Below, one piece after another: positions 19,933 through 29,965 of a stretch of 57,842 bases of DNA. Every line of letters starts with the position of its first letter. Position 1 is the first letter of the stretch. This DNA is from a virus, in the IMG/VR virus record IMGVR_UViG_3300038856_000076, positions 1 to 57,842 of that record. One strand, written 5' to 3'. The notes beneath the pieces were generated by a model, which did no database searches, had not been told where the DNA came from, and saw nothing but the letters and a program-made list of their open reading frames with translations. Position numbers and translations under genes: made by a program.

Positions 19933-20238
19933 TTATTTGTAGTAACTGATGTTCAAAACAGCCGAACCAGTAGTTTCAATAAATCTGATTGCAGCAAGAT
20001 CACCAGTATACAGAATATCTAGCGTAGCTAGAATTTGCATACCTATTGTTGCTGTAGGGTCAACTCCATCATCACGCCACCGGACTGGTTGACCAGTTGG
20101 TTGGATCAATGCTGCACGAGCACCCGGAGGTACCGTTAAACCTTTCACGGTAGATAAACTTGTGATTTGTTGATAACCTAATGGAATCAACTTGGCATCT
20201 ACAGTATAGTGTCGTTGTTCTCCAATTTCAAAAGACAT
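19933..20238 (-). CDS. head-tail adaptor-like protein (hypothetical)
   Basis: 101-aa ORF in the neck gene cluster. Confidence 0.4.
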   Translation of the reverse strand: MSFEIGEQRHYTVDAKLIPLGYQQITSLSTVKGLTVPPGARAALIQPTGQPVRWRDDGVDPTATIGMQILATLDILYTGDLAAIRFIETTGSAVLNISYYK

Positions 20239-20253
20239 CGTTGGTCCTTGTAG

Positions 20254-20781
20254 TTAGGTGTAGTGATAATCCGCCACAATCTGGTCATTCTGTGAAAGTG
20301 ATTTGTTGAAAGTAATAAGACCTGTGATTGCATCTAAAATGAAATCAGAATCACTACCAGGAAACATTCGCATACCATTTTTATATAGGCGAAGTGTATT
20401 AGGTAGCACAGGAAAATATTCCAATTGAATTGTACTTTCACTTGGTGTGACAGTTGGATGCTCATCATAGACAATATTGTCACTAAGCGATTGCCACTTA
20501 GCAATATCTATTGAATGTGTGAGCCACAATGGGCTTGCAGCACTGTGCAAAAGAATATGGAGTGGACCCGCGACATCGATAAGGTTAATCTGATTCGATG
20601 CAGATACACTCCATATTCCAGGAGCACGTTGTTGCATACTAATCACTGACTGGGCAGCCCGTGAATAGATTCTACGAACGTGTGCAACTCCTGAAATATA
20701 AAGTTGAGTGAAAACGGTTGGTGGTCGTTTTCGACCTGAGACTAAAACCTTTCCATTATTTGTTGTCAGAGTCTTAGACAT
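20254..20781 (-). CDS. head completion protein (hypothetical)
   Basis: 175-aa ORF between the capsid and tail blocks. Confidence 0.4.
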   Translation of the reverse strand: MSKTLTTNNGKVLVSGRKRPPTVFTQLYISGVAHVRRIYSRAAQSVISMQQRAPGIWSVSASNQINLIDVAGPLHILLHSAASPLWLTHSIDIAKWQSLSDNIVYDEHPTVTPSESTIQLEYFPVLPNTLRLYKNGMRMFPGSDSDFILDAITGLITFNKSLSQNDQIVADYHYT

Positions 20782-20795
20782 TCAAGTTCTTGATG

Positions 20796-21056
20796 TTAAT
20801 GCCCCATTGCCCTTGCAACATCTGAGAAAAATTCAAACCCATTTTTGACCAACATAGTGATAACTGCCACAAAGCAAACCCAAAACATTTTTGTTTTGAA
20901 TTTGTCTTTTTGTTCAAGTCGATCAGTACGTACTACTAATCCGGGTTTTCCATTTCCCGTTAGGCATTTCTTGATATCAAGACATGTTGTCTCAATGGTT
21001 TTGATTTTTTCCCCTTGTATTGCTTGTTCTTGCAGCATATCACTTAATTCGGACAT
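20796..21056 (-). CDS. hypothetical head protein
   Basis: The start is moved to ATG at 21056 (MSELSDM…, 86 aa). This places the upstream hairpin terminator at 21081-21122 outside the coding region. Confidence 0.4.
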   Translation of the reverse strand: MSELSDMLQEQAIQGEKIKTIETTCLDIKKCLTGNGKPGLVVRTDRLEQKDKFKTKMFWVCFVAVITMLVKNGFEFFSDVARAMGH

Positions 21057-21072
21057 GGTCGCACCCCTAGTA

Positions 21073-21122
21073 TGAAAAGAAGTCGTACCTCCCACTACAC
21101 AAGTGTAGTGGGAGGGTACGAC
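21073..21122 (-). terminator. intrinsic terminator after the major capsid gene
   Basis: A near-perfect ~20-bp inverted repeat agtcgtacctcccactacac / gtgtagtgggagggtacgact (21081-21122) with a 2-nt loop. On the - transcript it is followed by UUCUUUUC. Confidence 0.55.
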
Positions 21123-21137
21123 TTTCAATGTCGGGGA

Positions 21138-22550
21138 TTAGCCAAGCATCACGACACCAAGATCGGTATCGAGAACAGCCACACCACACAACAGGTCAAG
21201 GGTCACTTGAGTACCCTGAGTTGCTAGGTTGTACTGCATCGAAACGCGCATCGAAATGTCATTATGGATGCCTACCTGTGAACGAACACCAAGATCAGTT
21301 GCTGGCATTGCCAACGGACGGTTCACCAAGGCGATTGCCTCACGGTGGAAACCGAAGTTGTAGCTACCGGCTGGACCTGGGAACACGGCCTGATCGTTGA
21401 TCACAGCCAATTCAAGTGGGCGATCCAAAAGGATGCTTTGCTCAGTAGACGAAACTACTTCGCTCTCGATGATGGTGTAAACACGACGGCTTGCACCAGT
21501 ACCGATAGCAACCAACTGGCCAACTTGCGGTGGCTTGCCGGTTGAGAAGGTGTCAACCTGCAATGGCTTATTTTCGCCGGCTGGGTAACCAGGACCATTG
21601 TCAATGGCACATGGCTTGTAGTAAGCTACTACAGCCGCATTGGTTGCAGCAACCAAACCACTGTCCAGAGTGATATCGTCGATATCAGCACCGGTATTAG
21701 TGAATGCAGTGATGTAATGCGGACGATTTTCGCCAGCAATTGTCACCCATTCACCACCGACAGCGTTTTCACCGAGCAGCGTGATGTCAATCAGCGTTGC
21801 ACCAGCAGCATCAGCACCAGCAGTTACGCCGAGAGTCACATCTGCATTCACTTGCTGAGTCGAAGGAACATTCTGGTCCATCCAGAAGTCAAAGCCCAGC
21901 AAACGGCCCAAGCTAGCCTCAGCTAGTGCGGTACCATCATCGCCACGCTCATTGGCCTTCAAGAACAGATCGGTCTGCAACAGTGAAGTTTCGCTTTGTG
22001 GCGAAACAACAATGTGACGACCATTGAAGAATGCCTTGTTCTCGTTCAACTTTTGGCGGGCAGCCAAGATAGTATCGCGGGCATTGCTGCCAGTCAAGGC
22101 TTCAAGACCACCAACGGCATTCACCAAGTAAGCATGCACGCGGCCCAAAATCGCACGGTCAACACCGCGAGCAACGTTCTGCATACCAGGAAGCAAGTGG
22201 GTATCCACCAAATCCTGGAAGGACTTTGTGGCTTCACCATCACGAATGGTGAAGTGAGTGTAAAGATGCTGGTCAAGAGGCACCCGAACATTGTTCGTGA
22301 TGGCATCTTGGCCCTGTACATCATCAGTATCGCCCTTACGACGAATCTTGAACTGGCCTGGACGACGGGTGTTCACCACGTCACCGAACTCAGCTACTTC
22401 ACGAGAGAAGTCACGGTGTACCAAAGCGGCAGCAACCATATTTTCTTCCAAAATAGCCAAGCCCATGTTGGACCAAACTTCAGGGATCAATGCATCGTTG
22501 TCGTTCACGAACAGTGATACGACAGCTTGCGAAAGATAAAGAGGGTTCAT
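21138..22550 (-). CDS. major capsid protein
   Basis: 470 aa. It is preceded by the scaffold gene and followed by a strong terminator. Confidence 0.65.
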   Translation of the reverse strand: MNPLYLSQAVVSLFVNDNDALIPEVWSNMGLAILEENMVAAALVHRDFSREVAEFGDVVNTRRPGQFKIRRKGDTDDVQGQDAITNNVRVPLDQHLYTHFTIRDGEATKSFQDLVDTHLLPGMQNVARGVDRAILGRVHAYLVNAVGGLEALTGSNARDTILAARQKLNENKAFFNGRHIVVSPQSETSLLQTDLFLKANERGDDGTALAEASLGRLLGFDFWMDQNVPSTQQVNADVTLGVTAGADAAGATLIDITLLGENAVGGEWVTIAGENRPHYITAFTNTGADIDDITLDSGLVAATNAAVVAYYKPCAIDNGPGYPAGENKPLQVDTFSTGKPPQVGQLVAIGTGASRRVYTIIESEVVSSTEQSILLDRPLELAVINDQAVFPGPAGSYNFGFHREAIALVNRPLAMPATDLGVRSQVGIHNDISMRVSMQYNLATQGTQVTLDLLCGVAVLDTDLGVVMLG

Positions 22551-22627
22551 CTCTTTTGAGTCTCCATGTGGAGTTAAATTTCAGTTGGAGCAACACACGT
22601 TGCTCGCAATAGTGGATTAGCCCCAAT

Positions 22628-23497
22628 TTAATAACGGCGAGATCGCTTTAGCCCTAACTTAGTTGGGTCTTCCTTGTAAAGCTTCATGAATTGCTCAGTG
22701 GTTAATTCTGAGGCATCAACACGACCGTCCGCGCCTGGCTGGACACCGCCAGTGGTGGAATTGCCACCCACACCTGAAACGACATTTGATTTGAACAGAT
22801 TGGGTTGCAATTCTTTCAACCGTTCAACCGCTTCTTGTGGGTTCCGCTGTGTGATGATTGGTTTACCCGTATCCGCATCAATATCGGGAAGGTCCACCAT
22901 CGGGACCAATCTGCCAGTTGCTTGACCACTCTCATCGGTGGCTTCCACTAGCTTGGTGTGCTTAATAAGCACATCCTGAATCTGCTGTGGCATGAATGCG
23001 TCATGTGACACAGCGGCGTCCATCAGAGATTTCTCGACAACGAACGTCTTGTACTCTTGCTCCCACTTGACAGCACGTGTTTTCCAGTCTTTCAACTCGT
23101 TTTCATGCTGCTCAAGAAGTTGCTTCTTTTCATGCTTGGCTTGTTCTTCCTTGGTACGGTGTTGTTTACGAAGGTCTTCAAGCTGCTGCTCAAGAGCATT
23201 ACGCTCCTCTTCGGACAAGCTTTGATTCCCAAGCAAATCTTGGTAAGACTTTTCGAGATTTTTGTACTTCTCCTCAGTCTTTTTTCGATCCTTAGCCAAG
23301 CGATCTTGTACGATCTTGTTTACTTGTTCCTGGTTGAAACGAGCATTGGGATCACTACTGATCGATGGGTCAGCATCATCGGTTAAATTGTTGTTCCCGC
23401 CTGGATTCAGATCAGCGGGTGGGTCGCCGGCATCATCATCACCTTCATAAAGTGACAGGACCGGAGTTGACAAGTAAAGAAGGTTCAAAAGTTTCAT
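22628..23497 (-). CDS. scaffolding protein
   Basis: 289 aa with an E/K/Q-rich coiled-coil composition (…EEKYKNLEKSYQDLL…EQQLEDLRKQHRTKEEQAKHEKKQLLEQHENELKDWK…). It sits between the portal and capsid genes. Confidence 0.6.
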   Translation of the reverse strand: MKLLNLLYLSTPVLSLYEGDDDAGDPPADLNPGGNNNLTDDADPSISSDPNARFNQEQVNKIVQDRLAKDRKKTEEKYKNLEKSYQDLLGNQSLSEEERNALEQQLEDLRKQHRTKEEQAKHEKKQLLEQHENELKDWKTRAVKWEQEYKTFVVEKSLMDAAVSHDAFMPQQIQDVLIKHTKLVEATDESGQATGRLVPMVDLPDIDADTGKPIITQRNPQEAVERLKELQPNLFKSNVVSGVGGNSTTGGVQPGADGRVDASELTTEQFMKLYKEDPTKLGLKRSRRY

Positions 23498-23598
23498 GGG
23501 TTTCTCCCAACAATAAACCCCACTGTGTTTATTCTGCTATGTACATCGCGGGTCCATATACACAGCCCTGCTGACCAGTGCAGTATTTTAGAGGGTCA

Positions 23599-24156
23599 TT
23601 AACTTATGCGAGTCAAAATAACTGCATCTTCATCACGTAAAAATGGTCGTAACCATCTCCACGCCAAAGCATTTGGAACATAGTTGATCAAATGTTCAAT
23701 TGGCACTTGATTACGATTATATGTTGTTCGTACCGAAGCATAACCATGAGAGATGATGCCGAGGTTTTCAAGTTCAAGTTCTGGGTCTTTACCATCCAGT
23801 AAGGAATGTGCAATTTCAAAGCATGCACATTTAATCGTATCCGGTACCTCACTGTCAGTCCCACGTGGAAATTCCAATGGTTGTGACAGTGAGGCTTGTT
23901 GAATTTGATCTTGCGTTACACAGCAATTCTCATATGCTGTTTGCAAATCAAGGTCACATCCATTTGCAACGAGTTCAGCATGGATTGTGGATTTCTGCCC
24001 TTTGAAATTTAGTGTGTCAATGATCCGTGTGGCATACATTAACGCCTTGGGTCGGTCGAGTACATCAGCATTTGACCATGCAAATTCATGCAAACGATTG
24101 TCGAAGTAGTCTTGTGCTTCTGTGAGCGTTCCATAGTAGGTATAGGTCAAAGACAT
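23599..24156 (-). CDS. hypothetical head morphogenesis protein
   Basis: 185-aa ORF whose start overlaps the portal stop (24156). Confidence 0.4.
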   Translation of the reverse strand: MSLTYTYYGTLTEAQDYFDNRLHEFAWSNADVLDRPKALMYATRIIDTLNFKGQKSTIHAELVANGCDLDLQTAYENCCVTQDQIQQASLSQPLEFPRGTDSEVPDTIKCACFEIAHSLLDGKDPELELENLGIISHGYASVRTTYNRNQVPIEHLINYVPNALAWRWLRPFLRDEDAVILTRIS

Positions 24157-26039
24157 TACTTAGACTCCCCTGTCTTTTGGCGGCGTTTACCACGTCCACG
24201 GACACGTCGTTTTCTATCAGGTTGCAGATCAGGATTTTGTGAATCCTTCTTTTCATCTGCGGCTTTCTTCGGTTCAGGATCAAGATCAGGATTCCCGCGT
24301 GCAGCAGCTTCACCCGGTTTATTTGGTGCAATGTCAGGAGACATTTGTGCTGCTTGTTGACGAGCAATTCGTGCTGCTTGGTCTTTTCGGGCTTTTTCAA
24401 CTTCACCTTCAGCAAAACCGAGTGCCAATGAGGCTGTTTCTTCGCCTGCCAAGCCTGCTTCAACTGCCCGGATCAAAATCTCAGGATCACTTGTAGTAAA
24501 GTTGGCTCTCTCAATTTCCAAATTGATTGCTTCAATCTTATCGACATTAACACGCCCAGATAGAAGAATTGCAATAAGATTCTTCCACATTTCCTTTCGT
24601 GCAATCTTCGATGGTGTGTTTGTGATTAGGTCAGCAAGGTCGCGTGCTTCTTGTACTCGCTGTGCGTCGTCCTTCAAGCTGTAACGGTCTGGGTACTTGA
24701 CAACAGCAACTTTACGCTTACGTGCGTTACTGTTCTCATACGAAGCCCAGAGGTCAGCGATGCGACGTTCAGCACTTTCGAGCACAAGGCCAATGAATGA
24801 CAATCCAGCTTCAAGCCCTTGGTTATCCATCTGCTTTGATTCAGCAGATGCCCGGCTGGCTAGTGTCATTATTGACAAGTTCATAAGCTTCCGAATGTCT
24901 GACTCAAGCTTCTCTTGAAGCTTCATCGACGCTTCAAGTGGCTCTGGCGATGGATGGATGAACTTAGGTCGATCTGCTTTGATATCATAAGCACGTCCTT
25001 GAGTTGGACCGACATTGATATCTCGCAAATGTGAAGGTTGTCCACCAGCTTGAGCACTGCCATCCGGTGCGGTTTGGTGCTTCAAATGGTCACCAACCCC
25101 ACGCATGTCTCGTTGTTCTGTGTAAAATGGGAAATTTGCTTTTAATGCATAACTCACATCACTTGACACAAGATTTAATAGGGCAATCTGGTGCTGGCAT
25201 ACATCTTGTAGTACACTCCCACCAATGTCTGGCATCACAAATGGAATACGTGTCAGATTCAATTGAACTGGCTCTGTAGATGGGTTACCATCTTTTGTCA
25301 CAGGATTGCCATCTCCATCCATAAACTGTAGATTAACAAGACCTGTCTTTTGGTTTATCCACAATAGACGGAAGCGTTCAAAAGTTGTCAGAGGCAACAA
25401 TGTGTCTTGATCAAAATCAACACAAGTATCACGTAACAACAATGATTGAAATTCACTTGGTTCTTCTGGCTTTGAACAACGCCACGACAAGATATCTTCT
25501 ACATGGTAGACATACAAGTAGGGTCGAAATCCATTGACATCTGCTAATGATGGTTCTAAACCGTCTTCACGTGCTACAGATGGACTGTCAACATATAAAC
25601 CAACACGACCCATGATAAGTAATTCAGTCAAAACATCCATGCCCATGAAAGCATTCATGGTGGAGCCACGCCGATCTACACCCAAGTCCAAACCTTGAAC
25701 GGCTCTGTTGTATGTTTCGCTACCATCACGACGAACGATGTCACGCATACGTTGGAAAATACTATTGCGAATATCGTTTACAGCGGATGCTGCGAATGTG
25801 GGAATCGGAGTGATTTGCTTTCTGTTAAGAAAATCTGTGTTGTTTTCTTGCTTACTGAATTTTTTAAGGTACTTACGCAGGAATCGATCTCCACCTTCAT
25901 ACGTTAATCTCCATTTCTGCCAGTCAATTTGACTTGCAAGGAAATTAGGATGACGGGAGTCAATAATACGACGTTGTCGCGTATTTGGATTATGGAGTTT
26001 ATTGCGGTTGAATTGATTTTCAGTCCCGGCCATTACCAA
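24156..26039 (-). CDS. portal protein
   Basis: 627 aa, directly downstream of the large terminase subunit. It has a basic, Lys/Arg-rich C-terminal tail. Confidence 0.6.
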   Translation of the reverse strand: MVMAGTENQFNRNKLHNPNTRQRRIIDSRHPNFLASQIDWQKWRLTYEGGDRFLRKYLKKFSKQENNTDFLNRKQITPIPTFAASAVNDIRNSIFQRMRDIVRRDGSETYNRAVQGLDLGVDRRGSTMNAFMGMDVLTELLIMGRVGLYVDSPSVAREDGLEPSLADVNGFRPYLYVYHVEDILSWRCSKPEEPSEFQSLLLRDTCVDFDQDTLLPLTTFERFRLLWINQKTGLVNLQFMDGDGNPVTKDGNPSTEPVQLNLTRIPFVMPDIGGSVLQDVCQHQIALLNLVSSDVSYALKANFPFYTEQRDMRGVGDHLKHQTAPDGSAQAGGQPSHLRDINVGPTQGRAYDIKADRPKFIHPSPEPLEASMKLQEKLESDIRKLMNLSIMTLASRASAESKQMDNQGLEAGLSFIGLVLESAERRIADLWASYENSNARKRKVAVVKYPDRYSLKDDAQRVQEARDLADLITNTPSKIARKEMWKNLIAILLSGRVNVDKIEAINLEIERANFTTSDPEILIRAVEAGLAGEETASLALGFAEGEVEKARKDQAARIARQQAAQMSPDIAPNKPGEAAARGNPDLDPEPKKAADEKKDSQNPDLQPDRKRRVRGRGKRRQKTGESK

Positions 26040-26048
26040 CTCCGACGA

Positions 26049-27725
26049 TTACAAGAATGATTTGATGTCTACACCACGTACATAGGATGCAGCAATAGGC
26101 AATGCGATTTCGCTGTAAACTTTTGCATGGGCATAGTGATCAGCACCTGTTTTGATATAGGTTGCAATCAAATTACCATGCTCATCTTTTTCATAGCTCC
26201 GAACCAGATTTTTCATGTGCTCTCTGTATTCTAAACTTGTGTCGCGTGGCAATGTGATTCGATTTTCAATATGGAAACGACCTAATCCGCAGTCAATCCA
26301 GTTTGTTCGATCTACAGTTGCCATTGGCACCCGCTCATGATCTTCAGTCAATTGAATTGACTTTTGAGGGACACCACGTCGATAGCGACACAAAGTTACA
26401 TAACCAGGAAAGCGTAATGCAAATCGGCGGGCTTCAAGTGTGTTTGGATCAGCATCAACAACGCAATGCAAAACTTGCCATTCTCGCATTAGTTCATCCA
26501 ACTTTCCCCAACCACCCTCGATTTGTGCGTTAAATTTACCATGAAAGACATTCTTACAAATCGCAATTACATTGATGTCTGGCCCGATTTCAGGAAGGAA
26601 CCATTCGTCAATGTTAAAATGCACCCAGTCACCTTGATCAGTACCCATTGTAATGAATCGTTCACCACCAATTGTGGGCCGATCATCTTCTCGGCTGTAT
26701 GATCGAACACAAGCATCGATTTTTGAATCGGTGACTTGACCACCTTCAGGGATGTAAGGCTGACCAACTTTGGACTTATAAAATTCTGACATAGCCCCTT
26801 CGTCACCCATGCCACGAAAATAAGCCGCAGCTACTTTTGATGGTGTGACAGTGAAACTATAAAGTTGGTTGATATTAAAACCTCGTTCATCCTTAGAAGC
26901 ATTCAAATCTGTTGGTTGCCAAAAACCATCGCCCAGAAAACTAGGCTTATCTTCATGATTTAACTTATTGTTGCACTCTGTGCATTTCAGATGTGACTTA
27001 TGTATATCAGGGTCATTGATGGCTTCACCACACAACTCAAATGATTCGGGCCACATAAGTTCAATCGACTTTGAGCAAGATGGACATTTGAAAAAGAAAT
27101 GCTCTTGAGTTGTCGTTTGATATAGTTTATGGATGCCTCGATTCGGCAAAGTTGGTGTGGAGATTGCCCAAATGTTCTGTGTCTTTTGACCGCTCAGTCG
27201 CTCAAACGCCAACCAAATCTGATCTTGATCCATTTCATCGACTTCGTCGAGAATTAGTTCTGACACAGGGATCGATTTTAGGTTACTATCACCACGACTA
27301 CCACGTATATACAGGGTCTGTGTGCCAGCTTGTTTCAAGTTCACTGTATTGATATCCGTGAACATCGATTTGATGTACGGCGAGTATTTCAATGCAGGAG
27401 CAAATCGAGACCGCGAAAAGTCACTGGCATTTAATGCCGTTGGTAGAACATACAATACATCACGTTGCAAAATGTCGAGAATAAAAAACGCTCTGTTGAT
27501 TCCAATTTCGGTGAAACCCATCTGGGCAGCTTTCATCGAAACATTCAGGCTCGCTTTTGAATCATGTGGGCCTTTTGCCCAAGGGTGGTACTTAAAACCA
27601 AAAGGTCCAGAAAAGTCGCCACCCATGACTCGGCGGGCTTCCGCCCATCGTGAGCAAGACGTTAGGGTCTTCGTCTTGATTCCCGACACCAGGGCTTCCC
27701 GAAGTTCATGAACTAGGTCACTCAT
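26049..27725 (-). CDS. terminase large subunit
   Basis: 558 aa, found in the terS-terL-portal gene order. An ATPase-like N-terminal half is followed by a nuclease-like C-terminal half. An internal Cys4 cluster is present (CPSCSKS…CTECNNK). Confidence 0.65.
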   Translation of the reverse strand: MSDLVHELREALVSGIKTKTLTSCSRWAEARRVMGGDFSGPFGFKYHPWAKGPHDSKASLNVSMKAAQMGFTEIGINRAFFILDILQRDVLYVLPTALNASDFSRSRFAPALKYSPYIKSMFTDINTVNLKQAGTQTLYIRGSRGDSNLKSIPVSELILDEVDEMDQDQIWLAFERLSGQKTQNIWAISTPTLPNRGIHKLYQTTTQEHFFFKCPSCSKSIELMWPESFELCGEAINDPDIHKSHLKCTECNNKLNHEDKPSFLGDGFWQPTDLNASKDERGFNINQLYSFTVTPSKVAAAYFRGMGDEGAMSEFYKSKVGQPYIPEGGQVTDSKIDACVRSYSREDDRPTIGGERFITMGTDQGDWVHFNIDEWFLPEIGPDINVIAICKNVFHGKFNAQIEGGWGKLDELMREWQVLHCVVDADPNTLEARRFALRFPGYVTLCRYRRGVPQKSIQLTEDHERVPMATVDRTNWIDCGLGRFHIENRITLPRDTSLEYREHMKNLVRSYEKDEHGNLIATYIKTGADHYAHAKVYSEIALPIAASYVRGVDIKSFL

Positions 27726-27827
27726 GGTGTCTCTTTGTGTCGAGATCGCAAATCGCGGTCAGCACTCTTAAAAGCGGTAGTGGTTACGGCTCAAACCGGT
27801 GACTTTCAACCGCTGCGATCCCCTATA

Positions 27828-28364
27828 TTAGTAGTTTGTGTGATAAGGATCATCCTCAGCAGCTTCCTCAGCAGCTTCCTCAGCAACGTACTCTTCAGAT
27901 TCGATGCCTTCAGGGGCTTCCTCAGCAGCTTCCTCAGCAGCTTCCTCAGCAGCTTCCTCAGCAGCTTCCTCAGCAACATACTCTTCAGATTCGACGCCTT
28001 CAGGGGCTTCCTCAGTAACCGGAGGCTCTAATAAATCTTCCCGGTAAGGGACGATTCGGCCATCCACGTACACATACCCATTACTTATTGGTTCGGAGCG
28101 ATCATTGCAAGGCATCAGTCGAATAACACAATCCGATTCTTTGGCACCGTCAGGTAACTTGACTTTGGCTTCAGTTGCGCCAGGTTGTACACCACCCCAG
28201 CGCTCCAATTTCCCTTGATAGTAAATCTCGATCCTTGTTGGACAAGAACTTTCTGGGACAGGGATTGTAATACGAGTTTTCATTTTGGTTGCCTTATGAG
28301 TGGTTGTATTCGTTTGACGAGGCACACCGCGTGAACAACCGGAACATTCGCTATTTCTTGCCAT
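27828..28364 (-). CDS. putative terminase small subunit with Cys-rich N-terminus and (EEAA)n acidic repeat tail
   Basis: 178-aa ORF immediately upstream of terL. The C-terminal half is a tandem repeat (EEAPEGVESEEYVAEEAAEEAAEEAAEEAAEEAPEGIESEEYVAEEAAEEAAEDD). The terS call is positional. Confidence 0.4.
   Translation of the reverse strand: MARNSECSGCSRGVPRQTNTTTHKATKMKTRITIPVPESSCPTRIEIYYQGKLERWGGVQPGATEAKVKLPDGAKESDCVIRLMPCNDRSEPISNGYVYVDGRIVPYREDLLEPPVTEEAPEGVESEEYVAEEAAEEAAEEAAEEAAEEAPEGIESEEYVAEEAAEEAAEDDPYHTNY
27857..28015. repeat. tandem 12-bp repeat (cagcagcttcct)n nested in a ~90-bp higher-order duplication
   Basis: It lies inside the coding sequence of the 27828-28364 gene and produces repeat-artifact ORFs on the opposite strand (27735-28031, 27836-28018). 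Confidence 0.8.
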
Positions 28365-28374
28365 CGTCGTGAGT

Positions 28375-28440
28375 TAAAAACCGTTGGGCGACAGAATCAC
28401 CCAACGGCTCTCCGAGGGTGGGTAGGGTTGCTACCCGGAT
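28375..28440 (-). promoter_or_regulatory. two adjacent hairpins in the terS-upstream intergenic region
   Basis: Two inverted repeats: ccgttggg-N11-cccaacgg (28381-28412) and gggtag-ggttg-ctaccc (28421-28437). This is a candidate terminator or regulatory/packaging-associated structure. Confidence 0.35.
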
Positions 28441-28715
28441 GATTCGTTATCTACATCAGCTTTCCAATGCTTATCGGGACAAGCTTCGGTTGGCCACGCC
28501 AGTTTGTTCTTTGTTGTGGAGTCACGTTTCAAGTAACATTCACACTCTGCACATTGACCAGAGTTATCATCTATTTTGATGAATTTCTTCGTAGGGCAAT
28601 TTTCACAAATTGAATACAACTGTTCGATGTATTTATTACTTCGGAATGGTTTACCAGCAGCAACCCACTTTCCCCAAGCAATCGTGTATTTGATCCCTTT
28701 ACGAATTACATTCAT
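28431..28715 (-). CDS. Cys-rich zinc-binding-like small protein
   Basis: 94 aa with CENCP…CAECECY…CPDKHW motifs. Confidence 0.4.
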   Translation of the reverse strand: MNVIRKGIKYTIAWGKWVAAGKPFRSNKYIEQLYSICENCPTKKFIKIDDNSGQCAECECYLKRDSTTKNKLAWPTEACPDKHWKADVDNESSG

Positions 28716-28716
28716 A

Positions 28717-29061
28717 TTAGATGAGGAATGGAATGATGACTAACAACATCTTCACAATCGGAATGATGTTGTCAAGAATCCATTGATAAATTGCCGCCCA
28801 GTCCAACTCGTCAAAGAAGCCACGCACAGTACGTGGATTTTGACGGTAATAAAGACGAGCAACTCGACCACGCCAGATTCGATGCACAGGCACTGGTCGA
28901 GACCAGCCACCACGAGTATCATAACAAACTGGACCAGCATAAACTAGCTTGTCGTACAGTGAAATATCAGCGTTAGGGATCAACCCCTTTTGTTTTGCTT
29001 CAGCATAGGCACGTGTAATCACGTCGCCAAATTGCTTCAAGTTATTGACCTGTGAGATCAT
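28717..29061 (-). CDS. hypothetical protein with C-terminal TM helix
   Basis: 114 aa with a hydrophobic C-terminus (IIPIVKMLLVIIPFLI). Confidence 0.35.
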   Translation of the reverse strand: MISQVNNLKQFGDVITRAYAEAKQKGLIPNADISLYDKLVYAGPVCYDTRGGWSRPVPVHRIWRGRVARLYYRQNPRTVRGFFDELDWAAIYQWILDNIIPIVKMLLVIIPFLI

Positions 29062-29821
29062 AGTTTGTTGAATCCTTCTGCGGTTCGATTATCTTTTCGG
29101 GTTTAGACTCTTGTTCTTTGCGAGTCTTAGTCAAATATTGTTTGATACTATCAATGTATGTCACACCCGTGAAACGGACTTGTTCTTTACCGTTGTCCAT
29201 TACAACAGTCGTGGGCCATACAGACAAGCCAAACTTATCGGCCGTCTTTGGAAATTTATCAGTGTCTAAGTAGATGACGTAATAGCCTTCTCGCCGCAGT
29301 TGTTCAACTACAGGATACATTTGGGGACAATAATGACACCATTTGGCCCCAAATACAATGGCATAATTTTTCAAACAAAAGTCATCTTTGCAAACATATG
29401 GTGGGCATAGACAATCTTTCTCACATTTCTCGCACTTGTCACACTTGTCATCAGTAGAGACTTGCGTTGATTGTGTCCAACCAATTGGATGCTTCATACT
29501 TACTTGATTGCTTTTGATTTCCTTCCAAGTAATCGCTTTAACCACCCTTTCTTCTTGACTAAGGGCACTGTAGGCGTCGGGTCGGAGTTCACTGTAGACG
29601 TTTGGTTCAAGTCCATTGCGTCGTTCGCTATGTCCAAGATTTCGTCGGCTTTTGTTTTCCAATTGACTGGCTTCTTTGTACCAATCGAAATAAGAAGGGA
29701 CCGAAGCCACCGTTTCAGACGTAGCCACAACCCCAGCATTTGTATCTTGCTCATTGGCGAGACTCAGTGTCGGAATAAAAAGAACAAAGGCGATTACCAG
29801 TATACAAATTCGGTTCATCAT
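29042..29821 (-). CDS. secreted thioredoxin-fold protein (signal peptide, WCxxC)
   Basis: The start is set at MMNRICILVIAFVLFIPTLSLA (signal peptide). A Cys-rich linker (CDKCEKCEKDC) precedes a thioredoxin-like segment (FGAKWCHYCPQMYPVVEQL…). Confidence 0.55.
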   Translation of the reverse strand: MMNRICILVIAFVLFIPTLSLANEQDTNAGVVATSETVASVPSYFDWYKEASQLENKSRRNLGHSERRNGLEPNVYSELRPDAYSALSQEERVVKAITWKEIKSNQVSMKHPIGWTQSTQVSTDDKCDKCEKCEKDCLCPPYVCKDDFCLKNYAIVFGAKWCHYCPQMYPVVEQLRREGYYVIYLDTDKFPKTADKFGLSVWPTTVVMDNGKEQVRFTGVTYIDSIKQYLTKTRKEQESKPEKIIEPQKDSTNYDLTGQ

Positions 29822-29965
29822 CGTCTTCCCTCGGAGTGTTGGGTGTGACAATTAAGTTCCGGCTCAATTTAATCAAGCCTACATCGGCTCTACGTGTCCG
29901 ATATTGTTTCTTCCAATCATGTGCAAATGAAACCATCATTACCTCCATTCAAGTTCCCTCGGAGA

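Noticed and set aside
27735-28031. + strand ORFs 27735-28031 and 27836-28018 (SSFLSSFL… / LPQQLPQQ…)
   Set aside because: They are antisense to the terS-like gene and consist only of its tandem repeat read on the other strand.
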